From Elusimicrobiota bacterium (lineage in GTDB: Bacteria > Elusimicrobiota > Elusimicrobia > UBA1565 > UBA9628), in the NCBI GenBank assembly GCA_035606075.1, contig DATNGC010000060.1:1450-65449 (forward strand): 64,000 nt of DNA. Direction: 5' to 3'. Shown here piece by piece: positions 24,986-33,454 of this stretch (its first letter is position 1; each line of letters begins with the position of its first letter). The position numbers and the translations under genes are program-made. A model generated the notes under the pieces. It saw only the letters and a list, made by a program, of their open reading frames with translations. It made no database searches and was not told the DNA's origin.

Positions 24986-25766
24986 GGGCTGCCCTCAACG
25001 CTTGTATAAAGTCATCTGTCTGAATTCGCGTCGTGATTCCCCAGCGTTTCGAGATCTCGGAACTCTCGCGGCGGGCCTCGGCGAGGGATTTGTCGCTGGC
25101 AATGTCATGGTCCAGCACGTCGCTGAAATCTACGAGCGAAGCCCTGAGCGCACGAACCCTCCGGCCTGGCCAGTCGAGAGAAAGAAACGACTTCAGGATT
25201 ACTTCCGCCCGATGGTACTTGAGTTTCCATGCATGCGGCAGAGGCTGCGAGAGCTCGTGATGGATGGCCTCAAGAGTGTTTTCCAGCGCCCACCCCAAAC
25301 GTTGCCCTAAGCCGATCTCGAGGAACTGTGCTTGGAGGGTTTTTAAGTTGATTCGGTTGATGTTGTCGACGAGTACGGGCGCGAGCGCCGCGATTTGCCG
25401 CGACGATTCTGCGGAGATCAGCGCTTCACGCACGGCATCAGTGACTTCTTTGAAAAGCACAGAGGGTATGGTGTCAGCCGGTTCGAATAGATGCGACGCG
25501 CCGAATCGCGCGAGGGCGCTTTGGATTTGGTCTTGCCCTTCCGTTTTCGCGGGGGAAAAGTAGTCGATCGGCACGTTGAAGGTCTTGAGAATCGTCAGCA
25601 GGTGATCTGCTGTGAACGACCCCTGACCGCGCTCCAGTTCGGAGAGATAGTTCTGTGAGATGCCGAGCAATTCGGCGAGCTGTTTCTGGGTCCAGCGGCG
25701 GTCTAGGCGCAGAGTGCGGATGCGCTCGCCGATGGAGTGATGTCGCCGGGTCTGTTTGATAGTCAT
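24969..25766 (-). CDS. XRE-family HTH protein, paralogue of 14746..15522
   Basis: The HTH is IRTLRLDRRWTQKQLAELLGISQNYLSELERGQGSFTADHLL. It shares C-terminal blocks (RLGWALENTLEAI, ISKRWGI) with the island C copy. Confidence 0.75.
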   Translation of the reverse strand: MTIKQTRRHHSIGERIRTLRLDRRWTQKQLAELLGISQNYLSELERGQGSFTADHLLTILKTFNVPIDYFSPAKTEGQDQIQSALARFGASHLFEPADTIPSVLFKEVTDAVREALISAESSRQIAALAPVLVDNINRINLKTLQAQFLEIGLGQRLGWALENTLEAIHHELSQPLPHAWKLKYHRAEVILKSFLSLDWPGRRVRALRASLVDFSDVLDHDIASDKSLAEARRESSEISKRWGITTRIQTDDFIQALRAARETHP

Positions 25767-25808
25767 ATCGGTATGGCGATTAATATATCGCTATAGCGAT
25801 ATTATTGC
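25767..25808. promoter_or_regulatory. Operator/promoter region with overlapping GCGAT/ATCGC inverted repeats
   Basis: The sequence is atcggtatggcgattaatatatcgctatagcgatattattgc. The inverted repeats are gcgat-taatat-atcgc and atcgct-at-agcgat. The leader tcatatcggt is shared with 15519-15528. Confidence 0.4.
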
Positions 25809-25881
25809 TTGTAAACAGTTATTTTTCAAGGGGAATTATGTTGACAGTTTGGCAGGCAATCGTGTAGGCTTGAGCCTTGGC

Positions 25882-26814
25882 TTATACTGCCTCAAGCCTA
25901 CACGAAGTGCCTCCTACAAGCAACTGATTCACAGGCGAAAACTTCTTATGCTGCTCGGCCACGTCCCGGCTCGCCAGGTTCACATAGCGTCGGGTCATCT
26001 CCAGTGAAGAGTGCCCCAGAATTTCCTGTAGGCTGAACGAGTCGCCGCCGTTGCGGATGTAGAGCACGGCGAAGGTGTGGCGCAGGGTGTGGGGGGAAAG
26101 GCGCACGCCCTCGATGCCCGCGGCGCGGCCGTAGCGCAGGATGAGCTTGCGCGCCTTGCTTCGGCATATGGGCTTGCCGGTCTTGCCCAAGAAGAGGCGG
26201 TCCGACTTGATCGGGCTATTCGACCGCGATTGGGCGTATTCGAGCAGGGCCTGGGCGGTCTTAGCTGAGAACGGGACGCTGCGCTCCTTGCGGCCCTTGC
26301 CCATCACGATCGCGTTGCAGTTGAGCCAGTCCACGCGGCCGGCCTCGAGCGACAGGAGTTCGGAGATGCGCAGGCCGGAGTCGAGCATGAGCATCATCAT
26401 CGCGCGGTCTCTCAGGCCATGGGACGTGCGTGCGTCCGGCCCGGCGATCAGGCGCGAGGCCTGCTCGGGGCTGAACGGGCGGATGAGGACGCGCTCACGC
26501 CGCGGCCGTTCAACGCGCTCCATGGGGTCGTCCGCGATCAGACCCTCGCGCTTCCAGAATCGGAAGGCGCAGCGCAGGCCGCCGTAAGTGCGGGCGACGG
26601 TTTCGGATGCCTGTCCGCGCCGCCTCAGATCGGCCAGGTGCTCGCGCAGGAGCGCCGGCGTCGCGTCGCGCGCATCGCGCGCGCCACGGGCCTCCAGGAG
26701 CGTCCTGAGCGCGCGCAGGATGTGTCGGTACCATGCGACGCTGCCCTCGGCCAAGTTCAGCGCGGCGCAGCGCGCCAAGAACGTCTCGTTCGCGGCTTCG
26801 AGGGTGATGTTCAG
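25882..26814 (-). CDS. Tyrosine recombinase (XerC/XerD-like integrase)
   Basis: Catalytic blocks are LMLDSGLRISELLSL, HTLRHTFAVLYIRNGGD and LGHSSLEMTRRY. It is collinear with 31616..32584. The start is uncertain: no ATG, GTG or TTG lies near the expected N-terminus, and 26814 is a CTG overlapping the upstream stop. The 462-aa track ORF extends into the upstream gene. Confidence 0.75.
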   Translation of the reverse strand: MNITLEAANETFLARCAALNLAEGSVAWYRHILRALRTLLEARGARDARDATPALLREHLADLRRRGQASETVARTYGGLRCAFRFWKREGLIADDPMERVERPRRERVLIRPFSPEQASRLIAGPDARTSHGLRDRAMMMLMLDSGLRISELLSLEAGRVDWLNCNAIVMGKGRKERSVPFSAKTAQALLEYAQSRSNSPIKSDRLFLGKTGKPICRSKARKLILRYGRAAGIEGVRLSPHTLRHTFAVLYIRNGGDSFSLQEILGHSSLEMTRRYVNLASRDVAEQHKKFSPVNQLLVGGTSCRLEAV

Positions 26815-27620
26815 GCGGCAACCTCCTGACGAGCGGGCTCTTTGATCACGGGTAGGTTGAACGTCTTCCGGTAGCCGTTGGTCGTCTGCCGCAGGTACTG
26901 GCACCGTCCCAACTGCTCCCGGAATTCGGCGAGGCTTGCCGCGTAGGTGCTCACCGACTGGGATTTTTCCATCAACGAGAGGAGGTATTCCACCCCGGTC
27001 GGCCAGCCGGTTAGGTACAGAATCATCCCTTCCGCCCATCGGCTTTCGCGTTTGTAGAGCAGTTCGCGGTAGCGTTCGCGCGACTTGGCCGTCAGCTCCA
27101 CTTCGATCGAGTGCCATTGGCTTTGCGCGTCCTGCACCAGCAAATCCGGGCAAGTCAGCCTGGAATCGCTTCTGCGCGGGACTTGCCGGCGCCGTAGGTT
27201 CTCCCAGATCTGCCGCGTAGCTTGGACTTTCAGCCCCAGTAGTTCGCTCATGACCAGCCCAACGCCGCATACCGTTATCTCGTGACGCAGATAAGCTTCG
27301 CCGAGGCTCCGGATCGGATGCAAATAACTCGCCCGCTGGTTCTCACGCAGACACTCATGCCCCCGGCCCGTCAGCATATAGACCTGCCAGTAATTGATCG
27401 CCCGGAACGTCTTCACCAAGCCCGCCAATTCCAAAGTCCGCAACCGCTTATAGGCCCCGCCCCAATGATCCTCACGCCTCAAGTCATTGAAAAATAGCCT
27501 CATCCGCTCCGCCTCAGCCGCCGCGTTCCTGAACAGAAACCCATCCAACTGCCCAAGTCCCATCACGCCCCACTTCTCCAAAGCTTCCAGCACCGCCACG
27601 TCTCTCTTCGTTAATTCCAT
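26811..27620 (-). CDS. Replication-relaxation family protein
   Basis: The N-terminal winged-helix pattern is LTKRDVAVLEALEKWGVMGLGQLDGFLF ... YKRLRTLELAGLV. A later DLLV..SIEVELTAKS nuclease-like block follows, as in the Replic_Relax family. Confidence 0.6.
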   Translation of the reverse strand: MELTKRDVAVLEALEKWGVMGLGQLDGFLFRNAAAEAERMRLFFNDLRREDHWGGAYKRLRTLELAGLVKTFRAINYWQVYMLTGRGHECLRENQRASYLHPIRSLGEAYLRHEITVCGVGLVMSELLGLKVQATRQIWENLRRRQVPRRSDSRLTCPDLLVQDAQSQWHSIEVELTAKSRERYRELLYKRESRWAEGMILYLTGWPTGVEYLLSLMEKSQSVSTYAASLAEFREQLGRCQYLRQTTNGYRKTFNLPVIKEPARQEVAA

Positions 27621-27800
27621 TCTCTTCCCTTCCTCTCTTCTTCAGAAAATTCATCTTCCAAAACCAAATAACTCACCACTCACTTCAAGAAAACTCATCT
27701 CTTCCTCAACCCAAACCCATCTCCCACTCCACCCAAACTCCTCTCTCAATCTAAAATCTAAATCTCCTTCCCAATCCCCTTGCACTCCCCAGCCCACCGT

Positions 27801-27857
27801 CTTCCCGACCCCTCACCCACAACCAATCATCATGGTTGGGGGCGAGGGGTCGGGAAG
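27801..27857. other. Long imperfect hairpin (23 of 25 positions paired, 7-nt loop), ori/oriT or leader structure candidate
   Basis: cttcccgacccctcacccacaacca-atcatca-tggttgggggcgaggggtcgggaag. I paired it by hand; mismatches are at 27815/27843 and 27819/27839. Confidence 0.5.
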
Positions 27858-28482
27858 CGTCATCGGCCCTATCGATGACGAGGTGGGCGCCCGGGGACTG
27901 CAAAAGTCAGCATTTTTTATCCTGATGTCGTTTATGCTCCTCCTCCAACGCGTTAGCGGGTCTGTTGGCGGTCCCAGCCGCCTCTACATATCATTCGCGC
28001 GAGCCAGTCCAATCGTTAGCAGAGCCCTCACTTACATATGCGTTTGATCCGGACCGATTCCCTCCATTCCCAGGGGCCCCCTACTTACATATGCGTTTGA
28101 AAAGACCATTTTCCGACAAAAAATCACGTGGCGTGATAAATTCCCCGCGTACGCCGGCTACTTTCTTATTTCGGCGAGGGAGCCAGTTCCGCACATGACG
28201 CCCCTACTCTCTATTCGCGCGAGACCCCGAAATCCGCACAAGATTCCGCGCCTGCCTGGTCTGTTGTGCCCATAAGATTGCCGGGCTAATTGCTTCGGCA
28301 CGCGGGAAGGGGCAAGGCGTAAAGGCGCGGACGTTGAGGTCGTGCGGGGGACGGCGGCTTTGGCCGCCGCGGCGCATTGGTAGGAACTAGGGGGTAGGCG
28401 GGGCTCTCAAGCTGCCTGGCGCCGGCCAGCGCCGGTCAAACGCGTGATTTCGGTGCTGGCCCGCACTCCTTCACGGGTGCCT

Positions 28483-29991
28483 TCACTTCTGTCTTCCATT
28501 CTTCAAGTCTTGGACCTTCGCCAGAAAATCGGTTAGAGCCTTTTTCGAAGTGTCCGGTTTCGTCAGGGCATACTCTTCCTCACTGCTCGGCGACATCAGC
28601 TCTCTTCCTGCATGGACGTTCAAACTCCAGATCGCGTATTTTCGCCACATATCATCTCCCATTACCTTTGAGGGTCGGGTTAGGAATGGCCCAAGGCGGG
28701 GATCAAGAACTAGTCGGCAGAGCAAATCGCGCTTCAAAGGCGAGAGTGGGGGCTTCCCTAACTCTTGGAGTATCGCCTGCTTCACATCGGGAGATCCGGA
28801 AAAATCATTGTCTGCAAAGAAGCGCGCCTCGATAAAAGTTGAGTTACCCGACAAATCTCGGCGGATAAGCTCTCGAATAACTTCTTCTCTCACAAAGAGC
28901 TCCTTTTCATGAATCGCTTCAGTTCTTAGGTACTCAGTTCCGCGATCGCCTCCCATGAGAGCGCCGATCGAAGATATCAAGGCGCTCCGTGCAATCCATC
29001 CAGTGGTCCGAGACAGCCTTTCCTGAAGCACCCTCAGATTCTCGACACGAAGAAGCGGGCTCCCGGTCTGACAAAGACGTGTGATAAGACGCGTTTCGAA
29101 CTCTTCATCCCATACGACATCAGGCCACAACCCCTTTCCCTCAAAAAGCTCGAGCAATCGGTTATCGCTAACCCTCAGCGCGAGAGGCCCCTGGAATAAC
29201 GACTGATCGCGATCAATCTCGCCCAGCGGATTGTCGCTGCTTTCAGACAGGAGCAGCCGCATCTTTGCCTCGGTTTCTGGGGGTTGCCGCCGAATCTCCT
29301 CTCGCAACTGCTGCAACATGTCAGGCCTCGGTGTTCCCGCGGAAAGCATGCGCCTAGCTCGCTGTCTCCAGAACCACAGACGATCCTTGGCGATTGCGTT
29401 TTCCTTCCACCAATCTGCGAACGAGCGCTGTCTAAAATCCATGCCGGTTAGGAGATCGAGGGCTCGCGCTGCCGAGTCACGCACCCGTCCTCGCTTCCAA
29501 ATTAACATCGGACACAAGTCGTCGCCTTTTTTACCAGGAAGGTAAGCAACAGCATATGGCCGGTATTCGAGAAACGGCGGGGCGGCCGCCTCATCGGACA
29601 GCAAGCGCGCCAATCGGGGAATATCCTCAATCTGCCCAAGGGTCGCTAGAGCTTCTGCGGATAAGGCGCGGAGTGCCGGTTGATCAGAAACCAATAGTGC
29701 TCTCAAAGCGGGCGCATCGTTTTCGCGAGGCCAGGCCTCCGATCGCGCCATCTTCGCGCCATCGCGCCAATTCGGATAATACGTCAACCATGGCTCTAGC
29801 GAAGCGAGCTCGATGACATCCCGCTGCCTCGGGAGCGAATTTACCGCTCGCGATTCCAGCTCCTCAACCCGCTTCGGGACCCCCTCAAGTCGCCCTTGGG
29901 CAGAAACGGATGCTCCCGCCTCTAGCGAGAGCAGGCTGATGCAAAGAGCAAGACTGCTTAGTGGTCCTATCATCCAGATTTCTTGATGCAC
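28483..29991 (-). CDS. Secreted hypothetical protein with HEAT/ARM-like helical repeats
   Basis: Signal-like N-terminus MIGPLSSLALCISLLSLEAGASVSA. Helical repeats include ALRALSAEALATLGQIEDIPRLARLL. Codon usage is low-GC. Confidence 0.5.
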   Translation of the reverse strand: MHQEIWMIGPLSSLALCISLLSLEAGASVSAQGRLEGVPKRVEELESRAVNSLPRQRDVIELASLEPWLTYYPNWRDGAKMARSEAWPRENDAPALRALLVSDQPALRALSAEALATLGQIEDIPRLARLLSDEAAAPPFLEYRPYAVAYLPGKKGDDLCPMLIWKRGRVRDSAARALDLLTGMDFRQRSFADWWKENAIAKDRLWFWRQRARRMLSAGTPRPDMLQQLREEIRRQPPETEAKMRLLLSESSDNPLGEIDRDQSLFQGPLALRVSDNRLLELFEGKGLWPDVVWDEEFETRLITRLCQTGSPLLRVENLRVLQERLSRTTGWIARSALISSIGALMGGDRGTEYLRTEAIHEKELFVREEVIRELIRRDLSGNSTFIEARFFADNDFSGSPDVKQAILQELGKPPLSPLKRDLLCRLVLDPRLGPFLTRPSKVMGDDMWRKYAIWSLNVHAGRELMSPSSEEEYALTKPDTSKKALTDFLAKVQDLKNGRQK

Positions 29992-30074
29992 CTAGCGCGT
30001 GGGTTAGCCGTGCGTAATATTGGCGATCCTCATCGGTGCTCGTCGTCTAAAGCCGAAGTTAGCTGGAGATCGTC

Positions 30075-30860
30075 TCAAGTTCCCACCTGACAAAGATCGC
30101 CATTCACCTTCTTGTATATCTCGTCGGTCAATGGATAGCTTCGCACGCCAAGCTCTGTCTCCGTTTCAATATCAAAGGTCATGATGCCCAAGCTGTTGGC
30201 ATCTGGTGGACCAGGAGCTAGGAGGCCTCGATCAAATAGGAATTCCGGCGTGCGATGCTCGAAGGAAACCCGAAGTTGATCGCCGCAGACTTTCAGGTTG
30301 TGGATCCCGCCTCCACCGAAATTAAAAGCCTCTCGTGAAACGGCGGCTGGTTTTGGTTCGACTTCTGGAAGCACTAACTTGAGAATCTGGATGTGTTGCC
30401 GATCCGGCGATGTGAACCCCGCCGAAAACATTGTGGAGGAATTCTGTTCTGCCCACTGGAAAAAACCACCCTTAAGCTCGGTCTTCGTCTTTTCTGGCAA
30501 CAGATATAGTGTCAACGGGCGGCCCCCACAGGATTCCAGCCACCGAGTTCCTCCACCCGTCCATGTTCCTGAACACGAAAGCTTGCCATCTCCCAAGACA
30601 CCATCAAAAATGATCTCGCCGCTGCTCTGCCCTAGCGCACACTTCTCCTCCATGACGCTCCCACCGGGTCCGGTGGCCGCCATCAGCAACCGGTACGGGA
30701 TCTTCCATGACCTTGTCAGCCAGTAGATGGCGGGTGTGCGGCACCAGAACGCAAACTGTCCACCTGGAGCTGACGTTAAGTTGTGGCGTTTCGCGCAATA
30801 GCCGGGAATCGGGTGAAGGACCGATCCGATTATCATTGCTGCGAGTGCGACTCTCTTCAT
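30075..30860 (-). CDS. Secreted hypothetical protein
   Basis: 261-aa ORF with N-terminal hydrophobic MKRVALAAMIIGSVL. The sequence is beta-rich. No domain recognised. Confidence 0.45.
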   Translation of the reverse strand: MKRVALAAMIIGSVLHPIPGYCAKRHNLTSAPGGQFAFWCRTPAIYWLTRSWKIPYRLLMAATGPGGSVMEEKCALGQSSGEIIFDGVLGDGKLSCSGTWTGGGTRWLESCGGRPLTLYLLPEKTKTELKGGFFQWAEQNSSTMFSAGFTSPDRQHIQILKLVLPEVEPKPAAVSREAFNFGGGGIHNLKVCGDQLRVSFEHRTPEFLFDRGLLAPGPPDANSLGIMTFDIETETELGVRSYPLTDEIYKKVNGDLCQVGT

Positions 30861-30958
30861 TCATTCCACCTAATGCATCCCCTGTGCCGCCGGCCCGATG
30901 ACGGCGGTGTATACGACGGCCGCGCGGCAGTAGGGCATGGTTAGGTGGCGACGCCCTC

Positions 30959-31465
30959 TCAATCGTGACCGCCTCGCTCCGCATCTTTTAACAGTGCCTT
31001 TGCGTAAGCCCAGTTTTTGTTGTTCCTATTCGCTGCAACGTCCGAGAGAACGGTCAAAAAATCCAGATTCCGTCTCCGCAGCTGAAAGGATTCATCTAAT
31101 GCCCATTGAGCCACCGCACCAGTTCCGTTTGCTGACGAACGAAGAAATGAGATTTTTTCCTTATCATCCTTGAGTTGGTAAAGCTTTAGCTTGGCAACCA
31201 ACAAACGTATCCTGACCTTGTGGCCTCGAGACTTTTCCTCTAAAAGCTTCTCGAGCTCTGGCACTGATCTTGGATCAATCAGCGACTCCAGCCGTTTCAA
31301 ATCTTTGACTTCAACCGCGCTGCTTGGCGAATGTTGAAGCTCCGCCAGTACGACTTCGAAGGTGCGGTCATCGTTCGCCGGCGAAGGAGCAGCGATCGCA
31401 TCCCAGCCACCTAAGGTGGCCACGCAAGCTGTGCCTAATGCTAGGGCTGCGAGTCGTATCGTCAT
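30959..31465 (-). CDS. Secreted hypothetical protein
   Basis: Signal peptide MTIRLAALALGTACVATLGGWDAIAAP. The remainder is helical. Confidence 0.45.
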   Translation of the reverse strand: MTIRLAALALGTACVATLGGWDAIAAPSPANDDRTFEVVLAELQHSPSSAVEVKDLKRLESLIDPRSVPELEKLLEEKSRGHKVRIRLLVAKLKLYQLKDDKEKISFLRSSANGTGAVAQWALDESFQLRRRNLDFLTVLSDVAANRNNKNWAYAKALLKDAERGGHD

Positions 31466-31615
31466 TTACAAGTCCATCTAACCATGATTAGGCTGGTCGG
31501 TCTAGTAGGCCGACGAGCACGGCCATGGTGGGGAGTTTAAGCGGAAAACACAGATTATTCAATGGGAATCGATAGGGCCATTGAAATGACAAACGCGGCC
31601 GCCTTGGTCTGCCTA

Positions 31616-32584
31616 TCATCCGACGAGGACTCTTCGCCGGCCTCCAGGCAGCAGCCCAAGTCGGTCCATCGGGCTGAATCGTTGGTGCAGTAGCGCCACG
31701 TCGCGATTCGCCAAGCCGACATAGACCTTCACCATGTCGAGCGTTGAATGCCCGAGAATCTGCTGCAAGCTGAACGCATCGCCGCCGTTCATGATGTATT
31801 GGGTCGCGAACGTGTGGCGCATCGTATGCGGCGAGACGCGGACCCCTTGGATGCCGGCTTGAGCGCCCAGACGGTGGAACTCCTTGCGGAGCAGGTATCG
31901 GCAACAGCGTCCGCCGAAGCGGCTGACGAAGAACAAATCCTGGCCTGGGATGTCGCCGCGGCGGGCCATGTAGCTCCACAGCGCGCGCTTTGAGTTGAGG
32001 CCGAAGGGGACCTGGCGCTCCTTGCCGCCCTTGCCCATGACGCGCAGGACGCCGGCCTGAAAGTCGATCGCGTCCTTTCGAAGCCCGATGACTTCCGAGA
32101 TTCGAAGGCCGCTGTCGAAGATCAGGACCATGATGGTCCAGAGACGGTGCTCGTCGTAACGCTTCTGATTGCATTGCGCGAGGAGCAATCGCACTTGGTC
32201 AATCGAGAGCGGCTTGATGAGCTTGCGCTCCATTCGCGGCTTCTCGACCAACTGACACGGATTCTTTGGGATCATCCGTTCGCGCGCGAGGAAGCCGAAG
32301 AAGCAGCGCAAGCCGCCGTAGGTGCGCGCGACCGTGACCGTGCTGTTGCCGCGCGCGCGCATGTCCTCAAGGTGCTGGCGCAGAAGCGTCGGCGTCACAG
32401 CGCGGGCCGTCGTCACGTCTTGCGTTTCGAGGAACCGCTCGAACATCTTGAGGATCTGTTTGTACCACGCGAGCGTGCCGACCGAGAGGTTCTGCGCCTG
32501 GCATCGAAGCCGGAATGCTTCCGAGGCCGAGCCTAGCGTCACTTCGAATTGAGCGGCGGGACGGAACGCAAGCGCTTTTCTCAT
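31616..32584 (-). CDS. Tyrosine recombinase / integrase of element A
   Basis: Catalytic blocks are FDSGLRISEVIGL, HTMRHTFATQYIMNGGD and LGHSTLDMVKVY. It starts about 100 nt from the att repeat. Confidence 0.85.
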   Translation of the reverse strand: MRKALAFRPAAQFEVTLGSASEAFRLRCQAQNLSVGTLAWYKQILKMFERFLETQDVTTARAVTPTLLRQHLEDMRARGNSTVTVARTYGGLRCFFGFLARERMIPKNPCQLVEKPRMERKLIKPLSIDQVRLLLAQCNQKRYDEHRLWTIMVLIFDSGLRISEVIGLRKDAIDFQAGVLRVMGKGGKERQVPFGLNSKRALWSYMARRGDIPGQDLFFVSRFGGRCCRYLLRKEFHRLGAQAGIQGVRVSPHTMRHTFATQYIMNGGDAFSLQQILGHSTLDMVKVYVGLANRDVALLHQRFSPMDRLGLLPGGRRRVLVG

Positions 32585-32631
32585 GTTTTGACCCTCACTA
32601 ACCTTGTGGTGTGGCGAGGGTTCAAAAAAGA

Positions 32632-32660
32632 AAAACCCTGGCCTTTTGGACCAGGGTTTT
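32632..32660. terminator. Bidirectional hairpin terminator candidate
   Basis: aaaaccctgg..ccagggtttt forms a 10-bp stem flanked by an A-run and a T-run. It occupies the same relative position to the att repeat as 22333-22364. Confidence 0.45.
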
Positions 32661-32686
32661 CGCTTGTTTCTCGTCGAGAAACGCCG

Positions 32687-32730
32687 CTAAATGGTTGCGG
32701 GGGCTGGATTTGAACCAGCGACCTCAAGGT
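32687..32730. repeat. att-type direct repeat: partial copy of the tRNA-Met 3' end
   Basis: 32695-32730 (36 nt) is identical to 54724-54759 and 22408-22443. The 8 nt upstream (ctaaatgg) is shared only with the 22400 copy. Confidence 0.85.
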
Positions 32731-33025
32731 CACAGGTCCGATCCTTTCCAGCCCCCGCAATATCTCCGACTTTCAAGAGGCCGGATCCAGTGTTGTTCCG
32801 ATCGTTGGCGCGATCGGCACGGATCCGGGTGCGGCGTGTTGACTCAGCTCACATAACCCTTCATCTCTGGAGGGCCATGCGTTGTTAGCTTACCACGGGA
32901 AACCGCCCTCCGTCAAGGCCCCGACGGGCTCTGACCCCTCCCGCCGCCGCCGGCGTCCCGCCGCGGCCCGCCCAGCTCGTCCCAGGGGGCTTCCAGCTAT
33001 GCTGACAAAAAATGCCGCGAAGGAA

Positions 33026-33424
33026 CTACGCCGGATCGTCCGCAGGAGGATCGGCCTTGAGCCGACTGATCGCGCTGTCGATGAGTCTCTCGGTGTTCGC
33101 CGAGATCGAGCTCAGGCGATACGAGAGCTGACCGCCAAGGGATTCATTGCGTTCGGGCCGCGGAAGTCCTCCGGCCTTGGTGAGGGCGCCTAGGGCGAGA
33201 TCCACCTTGGTCCGAGTCCAGCAGAGATCCTTCATGGCGAGAACGGCGAGCGCATCGGCGCTGATCGAGGCGTCGGCGCCGTCCGGCCAACTTCGCGCGA
33301 TCGCGTTGATCGCGGCGAGGATATCCCATTCCCTCTTGCCGCAGCCCTTGAGCACGTGCTCCATGAATTTCTCTGTGAGTTCGATGGGAGCGTCCGCGGG
33401 GAGATCGTCAAATTCGTCATTCAT
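33026..33424 (-). CDS. Hypothetical protein (only leftward gene at the left end of element B)
   Basis: 132-aa acidic ORF, divergent from the rightward gene block. The position is typical of a lysogeny regulator, but no HTH was recognised. Confidence 0.4.
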   Translation of the reverse strand: MNDEFDDLPADAPIELTEKFMEHVLKGCGKREWDILAAINAIARSWPDGADASISADALAVLAMKDLCWTRTKVDLALGALTKAGGLPRPERNESLGGQLSYRLSSISANTERLIDSAISRLKADPPADDPA

Positions 33425-33454
33425 CCGGCGATTCTACAAGTTAGAGGCCGTCGC

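Larger units (their letters stand above)
22408..32730. mobile_element. Element A: integrative island of about 10.3 kb bounded by tRNA-3'-end repeats
   Basis: Direct repeats lie at 22400-22443 and 32687-32730. A tyrosine recombinase (31616..32584) sits next to the right repeat. GC is lower than the flanks. A second recombinase plus a replication-relaxation gene lie inside. Confidence 0.7.

Noticed and set aside
25882-27270. 462-aa form of the internal tyrosine recombinase.
   Set aside because: The N-terminal 150 residues or so overlap the replication-relaxation gene in another frame and are Arg/Pro/Gly-rich. Homology to the 322-aa paralogue begins only near 26810.
32695-32760. Possible second small tRNA or tRNA-like gene. 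A 13-nt inverted repeat (ttgcgggggctgg / ccagcccccgcaa) encloses the T-arm copy.
   Set aside because: The D-arm is missing and there is no anticodon stem. The 13-bp pairing would destroy the T-stem. It is more likely the att core plus an element B arm sequence, possibly a hairpin or a binding site.
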